A stretch of 64,000 nt of DNA from an uncultured bacterium (GTDB lineage: Bacteria > Hydrothermota > Hydrothermia > UBA1063 > CAJXJZ01). This document shows positions 44,676 through 53,473 of this stretch, in pieces. The notes below the pieces were generated by a model. That model did not search any database. It saw only the letters and a list, made by a program, of their open reading frames with translations, and was not told the DNA's origin. The position numbers and the translations under genes were made by a program. How positions within the stretch are numbered: the first letter of the stretch is position 1; every line of letters begins with the position of its first letter. The stretch is taken from positions 57,564-121,563 of the forward strand of contig CAJXJZ010000002.1 in assembly GCA_913055745.1 (NCBI GenBank). Reading direction: 5' to 3'.

Positions 44676-47520
44676 ATTTGGGTCTTGTTATAACTATTGG
44701 TTTGTATGCGGTTTTATGTGTTCCATCAGGCATTAACATGTCAATTTTTACTATATAATATCCTATGGGTACTGTTTTACCCTTTGCATCATCAAGTCTC
44801 CACTCGGCATTCTGGGGTCCCATCCTCCTTGCTCCATATATATCTTTTATGAGATTACCCCTTACATCGTATATTTTAAGTGAATAACTGCCATCCTGTG
44901 GGCCTTGTACATTAATAGTGCAAAAGCCCTCAGAAGTTTTATCTACCACATTTGGACTTACGGATAATGCCAGTTTTTCTGAGGTTTGGGCAGAGCGTTT
45001 TTCAATATCACTTTGGAATCTTGGTAGGACCTGGTATCCATCTGTATATGGAGCCTCGTCATCGTATTGCCCTGCTATACCCCGTATCTTCACCATATCA
45101 CCCTTTCTTAAAGAAGATACATCAATACCTGTCGTCTTATAAACATAAACGGTAATAGGTGCTGTACCGTTCCAAACAATCATGTTATACCCAGAGCCCT
45201 GAACATACGGTGAGTTGTCCAAAACACCTTCAAAACTCACTAAGGCGCCCTCAATGCTTTCCCATATACCATGTGATTTGCCTATATCTATGGGTTGTGG
45301 GGGGCTTGTGTGACCTACATAAACTATGTCATCCTCACTTTCTGGCACTATTTCAGTAAGGCCATTGTATTCTGTTACAGTGCCTTTTACAATAACAACA
45401 TCTCCTGTATCAAAACTCTGAATAGGTGAGTGATAAAATACCTCAATACCAGAGGAGTCATCCTGTATCCAGAGGTTCGTCTTAGTAGTGGAAAATTTGG
45501 CATTGGGCCCTACCACGATACCACCAACGGTGAAGGTCTTACCTGTATCTTCTGGTGTTACACCATCTTCACCAGGTTTTTGTACTTCAGAAATTGGCGT
45601 TGTGACATATAGTCTAAATGGGCTTTGTAACATTTCTTGAAGGTGTAGAGTATCTGTTTCTGATGTTTTCACAGTTATCTGAAGCGTTCCCTCTGTATCT
45701 GGTGCAATGATGTTAACACCCACCTTAACAGTGTCTTTTGTGAAGTTGTATAGAGTTAAATGGTAGTACTGGTCTATGGTGTAACTTGCACCTAAAACTG
45801 TAATACTGCTTGTGTCCGCCCATGTATCAAAGAAAAATCTTGCAGCATTTAGATTGGATAGGTCTTTTGTTAGTAAGAATGTAACATGCGTATTATCACC
45901 TTTATGAAGATAAGGAGGTTGTATTGAGAGTTTTCCAGAGCCATCTCCTGCTGCATTTATATCCCGAATGCCCCTTGGAACTATTTGATATCCTTCAAAA
46001 TATCCGTTGCTTGAGTCAGGATCGTATTGTGAGATTACACCTTTTATGGTCATCTCACCTCGGGGAATGGGCTTTCCCACAAGGTCACAAGATGGGTCAA
46101 CATATAGGGTATAACTTCCGGTCCCATCAGAAATGGGTATTGTAGAGCCCGATTGAAAACTTGTAGATGTTGTTGTAACATGGTTGATTTCAACAAACAT
46201 CCCCTCATACGCTTCACCACCCTGGGCAAGAGCCTCGCATGTTGTAACCCTGGGATAAACATTGTGCCCTGGGTCCTGGTATAAGAGGGTAGCATTGTCA
46301 AGCTCAACTACGCCGTTGTATTCAGTTACATACCCTGTAATAATAACACTGTCTCCTTGCAAAGGTGGAGTTACAGGGTCGTATAATACAACACCTCCTG
46401 TATTATCCTGCATATAGTATTTCTTACCAAAATCACCTGCAACAGTTACTATCCCCTGTATCTTAACGGTTTGACCAATAAATACTGAATGTCCCATCTC
46501 ATCAAGTATATGAAGGTATGAAATGGGTATGATCCTATCCCCGGGATTTACTAAGTATTTAGAGATACTTGAAACAGTTTCTGCATTATGGGTATCTTTT
46601 ACCTTGAGTTTAAAATATACATTGCTATTCTCTGGATATCTGGGTATGTAGTAAACATAAAAACTGTCATTTTCTATGTGGTTTAATGTATCAGAGCCAC
46701 TAAGTATTGAAATAGCTGTGTCAATAGTCTGAAAACTATCAAGTGAGACAAAGAGCGTATCAGAAGTTATACTATCCTGTGCATCCCTATCTACAACCTT
46801 ATATTTTACCTCAACCATTTCATCAGATGCTGGCAATTTTGGTGAGAATGAAATGAGATTGACAAATGGTGGGGTATTCATAGTATCTAATTCAACATCC
46901 TGTGCATTCCTGGGCTCAATCCTATAGTTTCCATAGGCATAATAGATTGTCCCAGTTATATTGTATTTTTCTCCAACCTGTATGCCAGTGGCTGACCATC
47001 CAAGGTCATCCACCATTAAACTATCTGTACCATCATTTACATACCATTCACCAAAAGTGTCAGGTAGAGAGGTACATATTGCGTGCTGAACTTTTACAAA
47101 AACGCCTTCAAATGCCTCATTGTTTAAACTATCACAGGTTGCTATATAGGGCTCAGGTAGTGATACACCACTTGCAAGGATATTCACTGTGTCGCCATGA
47201 AGTTCTGTAAGCCCCCTGTATTCTTCTACAAGACCTGTAACCTCAACGCTATCTCCCACTGAAACGGTGGGATTTACGCCGGTATAGACAAACACTCCAT
47301 GCCATGGGCCTGAGGCTGGATATTTTTCTTCTAATGTGAAGCCTTTTACCTTTGTATTTACATATACACCTGTCACCACTCCGTATGTGGTTATAGTTGA
47401 ATCTGCGTACGGTGATGCTGATGTGTGCCCTTGGAGTTCTTCTATTGTAATTACCTGCGCTGCATTTGCAAAGCCTATTGCAAAAAACACCAAAGCAATG
47501 TATTTAAGATAACGCATCAA
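44674..47520 (-). CDS. Large secreted repeat protein (948 aa): signal peptide, >=3 tandem OB-fold-like modules (YhcR/extracellular-nuclease-type), C-terminal T9SS-type sorting domain
   Basis: Signal peptide MMRYLKYIALVFFAIGFANA. Three repeats share the pattern G-V-VTGVY…GF-LQD/EE…GD-V-VTG-V-EY-GLTEL…EG-FV. C-terminal ~80 aa beta-sandwich (SYSLKIYDVRGNLI…YIVKI). Confidence 0.6.
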   Translation of the reverse strand: MMRYLKYIALVFFAIGFANAAQVITIEELQGHTSASPYADSTITTYGVVTGVYVNTKVKGFTLEEKYPASGPWHGVFVYTGVNPTVSVGDSVEVTGLVEEYRGLTELHGDTVNILASGVSLPEPYIATCDSLNNEAFEGVFVKVQHAICTSLPDTFGEWYVNDGTDSLMVDDLGWSATGIQVGEKYNITGTIYYAYGNYRIEPRNAQDVELDTMNTPPFVNLISFSPKLPASDEMVEVKYKVVDRDAQDSITSDTLFVSLDSFQTIDTAISILSGSDTLNHIENDSFYVYYIPRYPENSNVYFKLKVKDTHNAETVSSISKYLVNPGDRIIPISYLHILDEMGHSVFIGQTVKIQGIVTVAGDFGKKYYMQDNTGGVVLYDPVTPPLQGDSVIITGYVTEYNGVVELDNATLLYQDPGHNVYPRVTTCEALAQGGEAYEGMFVEINHVTTTSTSFQSGSTIPISDGTGSYTLYVDPSCDLVGKPIPRGEMTIKGVISQYDPDSSNGYFEGYQIVPRGIRDINAAGDGSGKLSIQPPYLHKGDNTHVTFLLTKDLSNLNAARFFFDTWADTSSITVLGASYTIDQYYHLTLYNFTKDTVKVGVNIIAPDTEGTLQITVKTSETDTLHLQEMLQSPFRLYVTTPISEVQKPGEDGVTPEDTGKTFTVGGIVVGPNAKFSTTKTNLWIQDDSSGIEVFYHSPIQSFDTGDVVIVKGTVTEYNGLTEIVPESEDDIVYVGHTSPPQPIDIGKSHGIWESIEGALVSFEGVLDNSPYVQGSGYNMIVWNGTAPITVYVYKTTGIDVSSLRKGDMVKIRGIAGQYDDEAPYTDGYQVLPRFQSDIEKRSAQTSEKLALSVSPNVVDKTSEGFCTINVQGPQDGSYSLKIYDVRGNLIKDIYGARRMGPQNAEWRLDDAKGKTVPIGYYIVKIDMLMPDGTHKTAYKPIVITRPK

Positions 47521-49031
47521 TTATGCCTCCTTTTCCTTAGTGTATAAAAATTATTATACACCAAAAATACAAGGACAATCAAGAAAGAGATAAATACTAT
47601 AACATCCCCAATATCTGTATAGATAGTATTTCTCTTTACAAGAGGTACATCGCATGTGATAAGCCCTTTTGTGAAAAGAGGAAGTTTTTTTAGGACCTTA
47701 CCCTCAGGGGAGATTATACATGATACACCAGTCTTTGCAGAACGTACCACATACCTTCCTGTTTCAACGGCTAAAAGACGAGACATTTGAAAATGTTCTA
47801 AAGGGCCATTTGATTTACCAAACCAACCATCGTTTGTTATAACAAAGAGTATTTTTGCACCCATTTTTGCGAGTTTTCTTGCAATTTCTGGGAATATGGA
47901 CTCAAAGCAAATGAGTATGCCCATTTTATGATTATTAAAATCTACGGTTTTTATCCTACCAGGCCAAAAATCACCCCATCCTAAGTTTATTTTATTAAGT
48001 GGAGAGGGCAATTTATCTTGATATGGCAGCCATTCACCAAAGGGCACAAGATGATGTTTGTCGTATAGGTCAACAACATGACCGTGGCTAAAGAGCATGG
48101 CAGTGTTAAAAATCCTATATGTTCCATTCTGATTCCTCTTGTCCTGTGTGCCAAATAATATGCTTGCACCTGTAATATGCTCAATCTCTTCTATCAATTT
48201 CTGTGCTCTAAATGAATAGCGGAAATAGCCAGGGATTGCAGATTCAGAGAGCACAATAAGTTGAACAGAGTAAGGTTTTATCTTTTTTGAAAGGTATATG
48301 AGGGAGTCTCTTGTTTGTAACCACTCCTTAGGGTCATAGATATTCTTGGGAAGTATGTTGGGTTGAAGTATCCCTATTCTTATGTGTTCTTTTGATTGCT
48401 CTTTCAATCTTTTAAGATTCATTTTAAGAATATTTCCGGTGAGTATTACTATAAAGAGCAGGATAGCAGTGCTCCATATATGTTTTTTATTAGGTCTTTC
48501 CCATACGATATAAAACAGATATCCAGTTAGCACTATAATAAAGGATATGAAATAGGGACCTAAGAAGGATGCAAGAGACAATATGGTAGTGCTTTCTAAT
48601 TGAGAATAGTACAGGTTCATCCAGGGAAAGCCCAATGGGCCTTGTGATTTAATATATTCAAGGATAACCCAGAGAGAGGGAATAAAAATGAACCCCCATT
48701 CTTTGTCAAGGTATTTTTTTACTCCTATGAGGAAGATGGCAGGATACAAAGAGAGATATAGGGGAAGAAGTAAAAGGCCCATGATAAGATATTTTTCAAC
48801 GCCTGGTTCTGTTTGGAGATGCAGAATCCAGAATGTGTGAAAGGCATAGAAGGGATAGAAAAGCAAGAGTCCTTTTAGAAAGATCTTTGTATCACAGTGT
48901 TTTAAAAACAGAAAGAGTATAAAAAATGAGATAGGTGCAAACAGGTAAATATTAAAGGGATAAAAAGAAGAAAGGTATAAAATCACAAAAAGGACAGCCA
49001 AAAATAGGCTGCCCTTTTTAATCTTTGGCAT
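47517..49031 (-). CDS. lnt: Apolipoprotein N-acyltransferase
   Basis: N-terminal multi-TM domain + CN-hydrolase domain with E-K-C triad (…LSESAIPGY…; CFESIFPE); 504 aa. Confidence 0.85.
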   Translation of the reverse strand: MPKIKKGSLFLAVLFVILYLSSFYPFNIYLFAPISFFILFLFLKHCDTKIFLKGLLLFYPFYAFHTFWILHLQTEPGVEKYLIMGLLLLPLYLSLYPAIFLIGVKKYLDKEWGFIFIPSLWVILEYIKSQGPLGFPWMNLYYSQLESTTILSLASFLGPYFISFIIVLTGYLFYIVWERPNKKHIWSTAILLFIVILTGNILKMNLKRLKEQSKEHIRIGILQPNILPKNIYDPKEWLQTRDSLIYLSKKIKPYSVQLIVLSESAIPGYFRYSFRAQKLIEEIEHITGASILFGTQDKRNQNGTYRIFNTAMLFSHGHVVDLYDKHHLVPFGEWLPYQDKLPSPLNKINLGWGDFWPGRIKTVDFNNHKMGILICFESIFPEIARKLAKMGAKILFVITNDGWFGKSNGPLEHFQMSRLLAVETGRYVVRSAKTGVSCIISPEGKVLKKLPLFTKGLITCDVPLVKRNTIYTDIGDVIVFISFLIVLVFLVYNNFYTLRKRRHN

Positions 49032-49038
49032 CCTATAT

Positions 49039-50037
49039 TTATTTAAGATCTTGCTCTTTCAATAAATCTCCAGAGAAGTCAGCCTCTTTAAGGAGTATTT
49101 CTGCATCCAACATCTTTCCTGTGGCTTTTTGAATCTCGGACGGATCAATTTCATAAGATTTTCTAAACTCTGGCAACTTAATATTTACATCCTCTTTCTT
49201 TACACCGACCTTAGCAATTACAGAATCTATATCAAAATATTCGTTTGCAATTTGCAAGGCTTTGTCTGGATTATTCCTTATAAAATCAATGGCTTTTGTT
49301 ATTGCCTTTAGTATTCTCTTTGTAGGTTCAGGGAAAAACTGCATATTTGCCTGGGATGTATACCCTGCACTTAAAATAAATGGTGCAGATACATAATTTT
49401 CAAGGAATCCATCTTCTGTTACCTTGAGTTTTTTAGATGCGGCAAGGATCTGTGCCTCTGGGGTTCTGGCAATGAGATAATCAACATTTTTGTCAAAGAG
49501 CGATGTTAATACTTCAGTTTGTGATTGTGGCAGTGTTTTTACCTTTGTAGGATCTCCTCCGGCATTTTTTACTATATACTGTACCCACCTATTGTCCTTT
49601 GTCCTTGAATAGTATCCAATGCGTTTTCCTTCAAGGCTCTTTATGCCTCTGTATCTTGTGTCTCTCTGCGTGATAAGTTTGGTCTGAGGATTGTCAACAG
49701 ATGCTACTGTGGCATAAATTATTTTAAATGCTTCTGGTTTAATGGCTCCTTTGTATGCAAACATCTCCATACTGGTTCCGAAAGCGGCCTGCGCTGAGCC
49801 ATTTCTGACTGCATCTACTTCATCACCATTGATACCAGCTTCAACCATGTCAACCTTCACTTTGAGGGAATCAAAGTATCCCTCTTTTTCTGCTACAAAT
49901 AAGGGGAGTGCACTTATATCTTTTACATATAGAACCTTTCCTTCCACCTCTTTTTTTGACTTTATCACAGGATATTCTATTACAAAAACCAAAACGGCTG
50001 CAAGTATTATATCTATTATAGCAAGCAATGCTCTCAT
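49039..50037 (-). CDS. Periplasmic substrate-binding protein (NMT1/SsuA/TauA-like ABC transporter SBP)
   Basis: N-terminal membrane anchor/signal, two-lobe SBP pattern; 332 aa; no cognate permease/ATPase adjacent. Confidence 0.5.
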   Translation of the reverse strand: MRALLAIIDIILAAVLVFVIEYPVIKSKKEVEGKVLYVKDISALPLFVAEKEGYFDSLKVKVDMVEAGINGDEVDAVRNGSAQAAFGTSMEMFAYKGAIKPEAFKIIYATVASVDNPQTKLITQRDTRYRGIKSLEGKRIGYYSRTKDNRWVQYIVKNAGGDPTKVKTLPQSQTEVLTSLFDKNVDYLIARTPEAQILAASKKLKVTEDGFLENYVSAPFILSAGYTSQANMQFFPEPTKRILKAITKAIDFIRNNPDKALQIANEYFDIDSVIAKVGVKKEDVNIKLPEFRKSYEIDPSEIQKATGKMLDAEILLKEADFSGDLLKEQDLK

Positions 50038-50087
50038 CTATATCCTCCTTTGCGTTTATTATACACTATAATCGCTGTTAATAAAAG

Positions 50088-51425
50088 TTAAAGAGTCCAT
50101 TCTGTTTTATCACGACCATCCTTAACTTTGATTCCAAGTTTGTTAAGTTCATTTCTAATCATATCAGCATAAGCAAACTGTTTATCCCGGCGGAGTGCAT
50201 TTCGCACTTTTAATATAACTTCCATAATCTTATCAAGTTTTTCGGATGTTTTACTTTCTTTTGGTTCAAAACCCAAGACTTTTAAAAGGAAGGCTGGCGT
50301 ATGTGGGTCTTCTGGATGTTCTTTTATATATGAAAATATCTTTCCTATGGCCTTTGGTGTATTTAGGTCTTCATCCATGTGTTTTTCAAACTCAGATATA
50401 AGTTCTGCATTGAGTGTGGTATTTTGATAAAAATGGGCTTTGTGCATTGTATTTTCCAACTTTTTCCATGCCTCTTCAGTGCTTTTTAAAAACTCCTCTG
50501 TGTAATCCATAGGCGATCTATAGTGTTTTTGCAGGACAAACAGTCTTACTGTGTTTGGGTCGTATTCTTTTAATATGTCTTCTATAGCGAAGAATAGTCC
50601 TGTTGATTTGGACATCTTTTCCCCTTTAATCTGCATAAAACCAATATGTACCCAGTAGTTTACAAACTTTTTACCATAAGCTGCTTCAGACTGTGCAATT
50701 TCATCCTCATGATGAGGAAAGATAAGGTCCTGCCCTCCCATATGAATATCAAAGGGCTGACCGAGAAAATGGGTTGACATAGCAGAGCATTCAATATGCC
50801 ATCCTGGTCTTCCCTTACCCCACGGTGAATACCAGTATGGTTCTCCCTCTTTGTGTTGTTTCCAGAGGGCAAAATCAAATGGATTTTTCTTTTCTGGATC
50901 AGGCTCTACTCTTGCTCCTTCTTTGAGCTCATCCAGTTTCTTTCCAGAGAGTTTGCCATAGCCTTCAAATTTTGACACATCAAAATATACATTTTTTGAG
51001 GGCGTTAGATAAGCGTATCCTTTCTCTAACAGGATATTGACCAGTTCAATGATTTCTTGAATGAACTGCGTGGCTCTGGGAAAATGGTTAGCCTTCTTTA
51101 TATTGAGTTTTGATGCAGCAGAAAGATACTCATCTGTGTATCTATGACCTATATCACGCCAATCTGTTCCTTCACTATGCATTTTTTCAATGATTTTATC
51201 GTCTATATCAGTAAAATTTTGTACATAGTCAACATGATAACCTCTGTATTCTAAATACCTTCTAAGTACATCACCCACAAGGAAACTCCTTATGTGACCC
51301 AGATGTGGCCTATCCTGAACAGTCATACCGCACATGTATATGCCAACCTTGTCCCTTTTTATGGGCTTAAACTCTTCTACCTTTCGTGTTAATGTATTAT
51401 AGAGTTTCATATCATTAGCTTTCAC
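50088..51425 (-). CDS. cysS: Cysteinyl-tRNA synthetase
   Basis: HIGH (PHLGHIRSF), zinc-binding CGMT…C…, KMSKS; 445 aa. Confidence 0.95.
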   Translation of the reverse strand: MKANDMKLYNTLTRKVEEFKPIKRDKVGIYMCGMTVQDRPHLGHIRSFLVGDVLRRYLEYRGYHVDYVQNFTDIDDKIIEKMHSEGTDWRDIGHRYTDEYLSAASKLNIKKANHFPRATQFIQEIIELVNILLEKGYAYLTPSKNVYFDVSKFEGYGKLSGKKLDELKEGARVEPDPEKKNPFDFALWKQHKEGEPYWYSPWGKGRPGWHIECSAMSTHFLGQPFDIHMGGQDLIFPHHEDEIAQSEAAYGKKFVNYWVHIGFMQIKGEKMSKSTGLFFAIEDILKEYDPNTVRLFVLQKHYRSPMDYTEEFLKSTEEAWKKLENTMHKAHFYQNTTLNAELISEFEKHMDEDLNTPKAIGKIFSYIKEHPEDPHTPAFLLKVLGFEPKESKTSEKLDKIMEVILKVRNALRRDKQFAYADMIRNELNKLGIKVKDGRDKTEWTL

Positions 51426-53073
51426 TTATTTTTTTCGCAACATATTCAAATACCTTATTTGCTCGTGTTTCAACCTCATTGAGTATTTTCTTTGCCTCAT
51501 CATTGGTATGTGTAGCAAATTCCCTATCCTTTAAAGAATTCGTATTAATTATGACATTGAGATATGCCCCTTTTGCTGCAGAGAGGGCAAAGATTGCTGC
51601 AACCCCTGCATCACTAACCGAGTTTATGTTCCCCTTTTCCGCTACAACTTCTGCAAGTTCCAAAAGTTTTTGAGTCTCTCGCAAAACAGATAAAGGAACC
51701 AAAGTGGCTTCTTTTGTGGCGCTCTCAATAGCTTCTTCTCTTATCTTTTTATCTTCTTCTGTCTTCTTAGGAAGTGAGAATGCATCCATAACACGGGAAA
51801 AAGCCTCTGTGTCCTTGTCAATAAATTCAAGATACTTATCCTTAAGTTCTTGTGCTCTTTGAGCGATTTCATCCATTTCGTCCCATACTTCTTTGTATTT
51901 CTTTTTCCCAAATGTTAGATTTGCAACCATAGAAGATAGTGCGGCAGATAGAGCACCCGAGAGTGCAGAAACGCTTCCTCCACCTGGTGCAGGTGAATCT
52001 GTAGATAGTTCATCTGCAAACTCCATGAGGTTCATTCGTCTAAGTCTCTCACGAGTGGGATCTTTGAGCCTATAGTCAATTATTTTCTTCTGAGGCTCAA
52101 ATGGAGCGACATCGGAAAGCCCAAGTGATTTAATGGCAATATCAACGATTTCCTTTTCTGGTATTCCTGCTATTTTCCCCTGTTTTTTTAGGAAGTGTTT
52201 ACCTGTATCAAGAAGCGCGTCCAAAGGAACAAGACCTACAATTTCGCTCCCTGTTACCCTGAGTCCTAACTTTCGTGCTTCTTCTTCTGCTGTCTCAAAG
52301 ACTTTCCACAAAGGCGTTTCTTTATAGTTGGTAAGATTTATGGATATTTGGGCTATACCGTATTCATCAATATACCATCCTATTGCGCGTACATGTTTGA
52401 GTTTTCCGGGCACCCTTTTCTTTGTTCCATCTTCCTGTTTCACTAACTTTCCTTTTTCCCGGATCTCTTTTGCTATTTTGTGAGCCAATTTTCTGTCTTT
52501 TGTATTAAGGTTGATATTATAGGCAATGAGAAAATCACGGGCACCTATGACCATTGCACCAGATTTTGGGTTGAAAACAGCATCCCCATAGTCGGGTGCC
52601 CATTCTGGGTCTTTTAATTTTTCTTCGAGCCCTTCATATTCTCCTTTTCTTATTTCCGCAAGAGACTTTCTTTGTGGTTTGGTGGCTGAATATTCGTACA
52701 TGTACACAGGCACATGAAGCTCTTTTGCCACCCTTTCTGCTACCTCGTGGGAGAGTTTCACCACCTCTTCCATAGTAATATTTTTAACAGGAACAAATGG
52801 CACTACATCCACCGCACCGAGCCTTGGGTGCTCGCCTTTATGCTTTGTCATGTCAATGAGTTCCAAGGCCTTTTTAATTGCCCTAAATGCCGCCTCTTTT
52901 ATGCCATCGGGATCACCTGCGAATGTAACTACTGTTCTATTGGCTGCTTCTCCTGGGTCAACATCAAGGAGAACGACATTATCAACATTTTTTATCTCAT
53001 CTGTAATAGCCTTTATTACATCGGGATTTCTACCTTCACTAAAATTGGGAACGCATTCTACGATTTTATTCAT
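51415..53073 (-). CDS. ftcD: Bifunctional glutamate formimidoyltransferase / formiminotetrahydrofolate cyclodeaminase
   Basis: N-terminal VECVPNFSEGR formiminotransferase motif, C-terminal cyclodeaminase helical domain; ATG 53071-53073 with GGAGG RBS (track ORF extends spuriously over tRNA-Gln). Confidence 0.8.
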   Translation of the reverse strand: MNKIVECVPNFSEGRNPDVIKAITDEIKNVDNVVLLDVDPGEAANRTVVTFAGDPDGIKEAAFRAIKKALELIDMTKHKGEHPRLGAVDVVPFVPVKNITMEEVVKLSHEVAERVAKELHVPVYMYEYSATKPQRKSLAEIRKGEYEGLEEKLKDPEWAPDYGDAVFNPKSGAMVIGARDFLIAYNINLNTKDRKLAHKIAKEIREKGKLVKQEDGTKKRVPGKLKHVRAIGWYIDEYGIAQISINLTNYKETPLWKVFETAEEEARKLGLRVTGSEIVGLVPLDALLDTGKHFLKKQGKIAGIPEKEIVDIAIKSLGLSDVAPFEPQKKIIDYRLKDPTRERLRRMNLMEFADELSTDSPAPGGGSVSALSGALSAALSSMVANLTFGKKKYKEVWDEMDEIAQRAQELKDKYLEFIDKDTEAFSRVMDAFSLPKKTEEDKKIREEAIESATKEATLVPLSVLRETQKLLELAEVVAEKGNINSVSDAGVAAIFALSAAKGAYLNVIINTNSLKDREFATHTNDEAKKILNEVETRANKVFEYVAKKISES

Positions 53074-53094
53074 AGAACCTCCTTGGGTTGCAAA

Positions 53095-53166
53095 CTGGGG
53101 CGCCAGGATTCGAACCTGGATCGCAGGATCCAAAATCCTGTGTCCTGCCCATTGGACGACGCCCCA
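53095..53166 (-). tRNA. tRNA-Gln (anticodon TTG)
   Basis: rc: TGGGGCG acceptor (U1:A72 as in E. coli tRNA-Gln), anticodon stem CAGGA/TCCTG loop TTTTGGA, T-loop TTCGAAT, discriminator G. Confidence 0.85.
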
Positions 53167-53340
53167 GTTGCTATAAATTTTATTATAATTCAATGGGACA
53201 GTCAATTTATAGGCCTCATTAATAAATTTATAGGGATACCTTTATACGCTTTTTAAAACTATTCGTTATGTTTTTAATGATTTATGTTTAATAGATGAAC
53301 ACCTCTCCGTCCAATATGTATTTTGAGAAATGCCGACTGC

Positions 53341-53369
53341 TTGAATATTCGTTCCTTTTACCTTATACT
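53341..53369 (+). promoter_or_regulatory. Sigma70-like promoter TTGAAT-17-TATACT for tRNA-Phe
   Basis: TTGAAT 53341-53346, 17-nt spacer, TATACT 53364-53369, 10 nt before tRNA 5' end. Confidence 0.4.
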
Positions 53370-53379
53370 ATTGACACTT

Positions 53380-53452
53380 GCCAGGGTAGCTCAGTTGGTA
53401 GAGCACGGGACTGAAAATCCCGGTGTCCCCAGTTCAATTCTGGGCCCTGGCA
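53380..53452 (+). tRNA. tRNA-Phe (anticodon GAA)
   Basis: GCCAGGG acceptor, D-stem GCTC/GAGC, anticodon stem CGGGA/TCCCG loop CTGAAAA, T-loop TTCAATT; followed by T-run. Confidence 0.9.
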
Positions 53453-53473
53453 TTTTTTAGTCTACATTCCATT

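Noticed and set aside
53074-53205. N-terminal extension of the ftcD ORF up to 53205 given by the ORF track
   Set aside because: The extension runs through tRNA-Gln (53095-53166). A GGAGG RBS and an ATG at 53071-53073 (MNKIVECVPNFSEGR) mark the true start.
53167-53230. Promoter for tRNA-Gln
   Set aside because: Candidate hexamers (TTGACT…TATAAT; TTGAAT…TATAGC) have 12-13-nt spacers; no acceptable sigma70-like arrangement found, so none annotated.
53371-53376. Perfect TTGACA hexamer immediately before tRNA-Phe
   Set aside because: Only 3 nt from the mature tRNA 5' end and downstream of the TATACT box, so it cannot act as a -35. The better-placed TTGAAT-17-TATACT at 53341-53369 is used instead.
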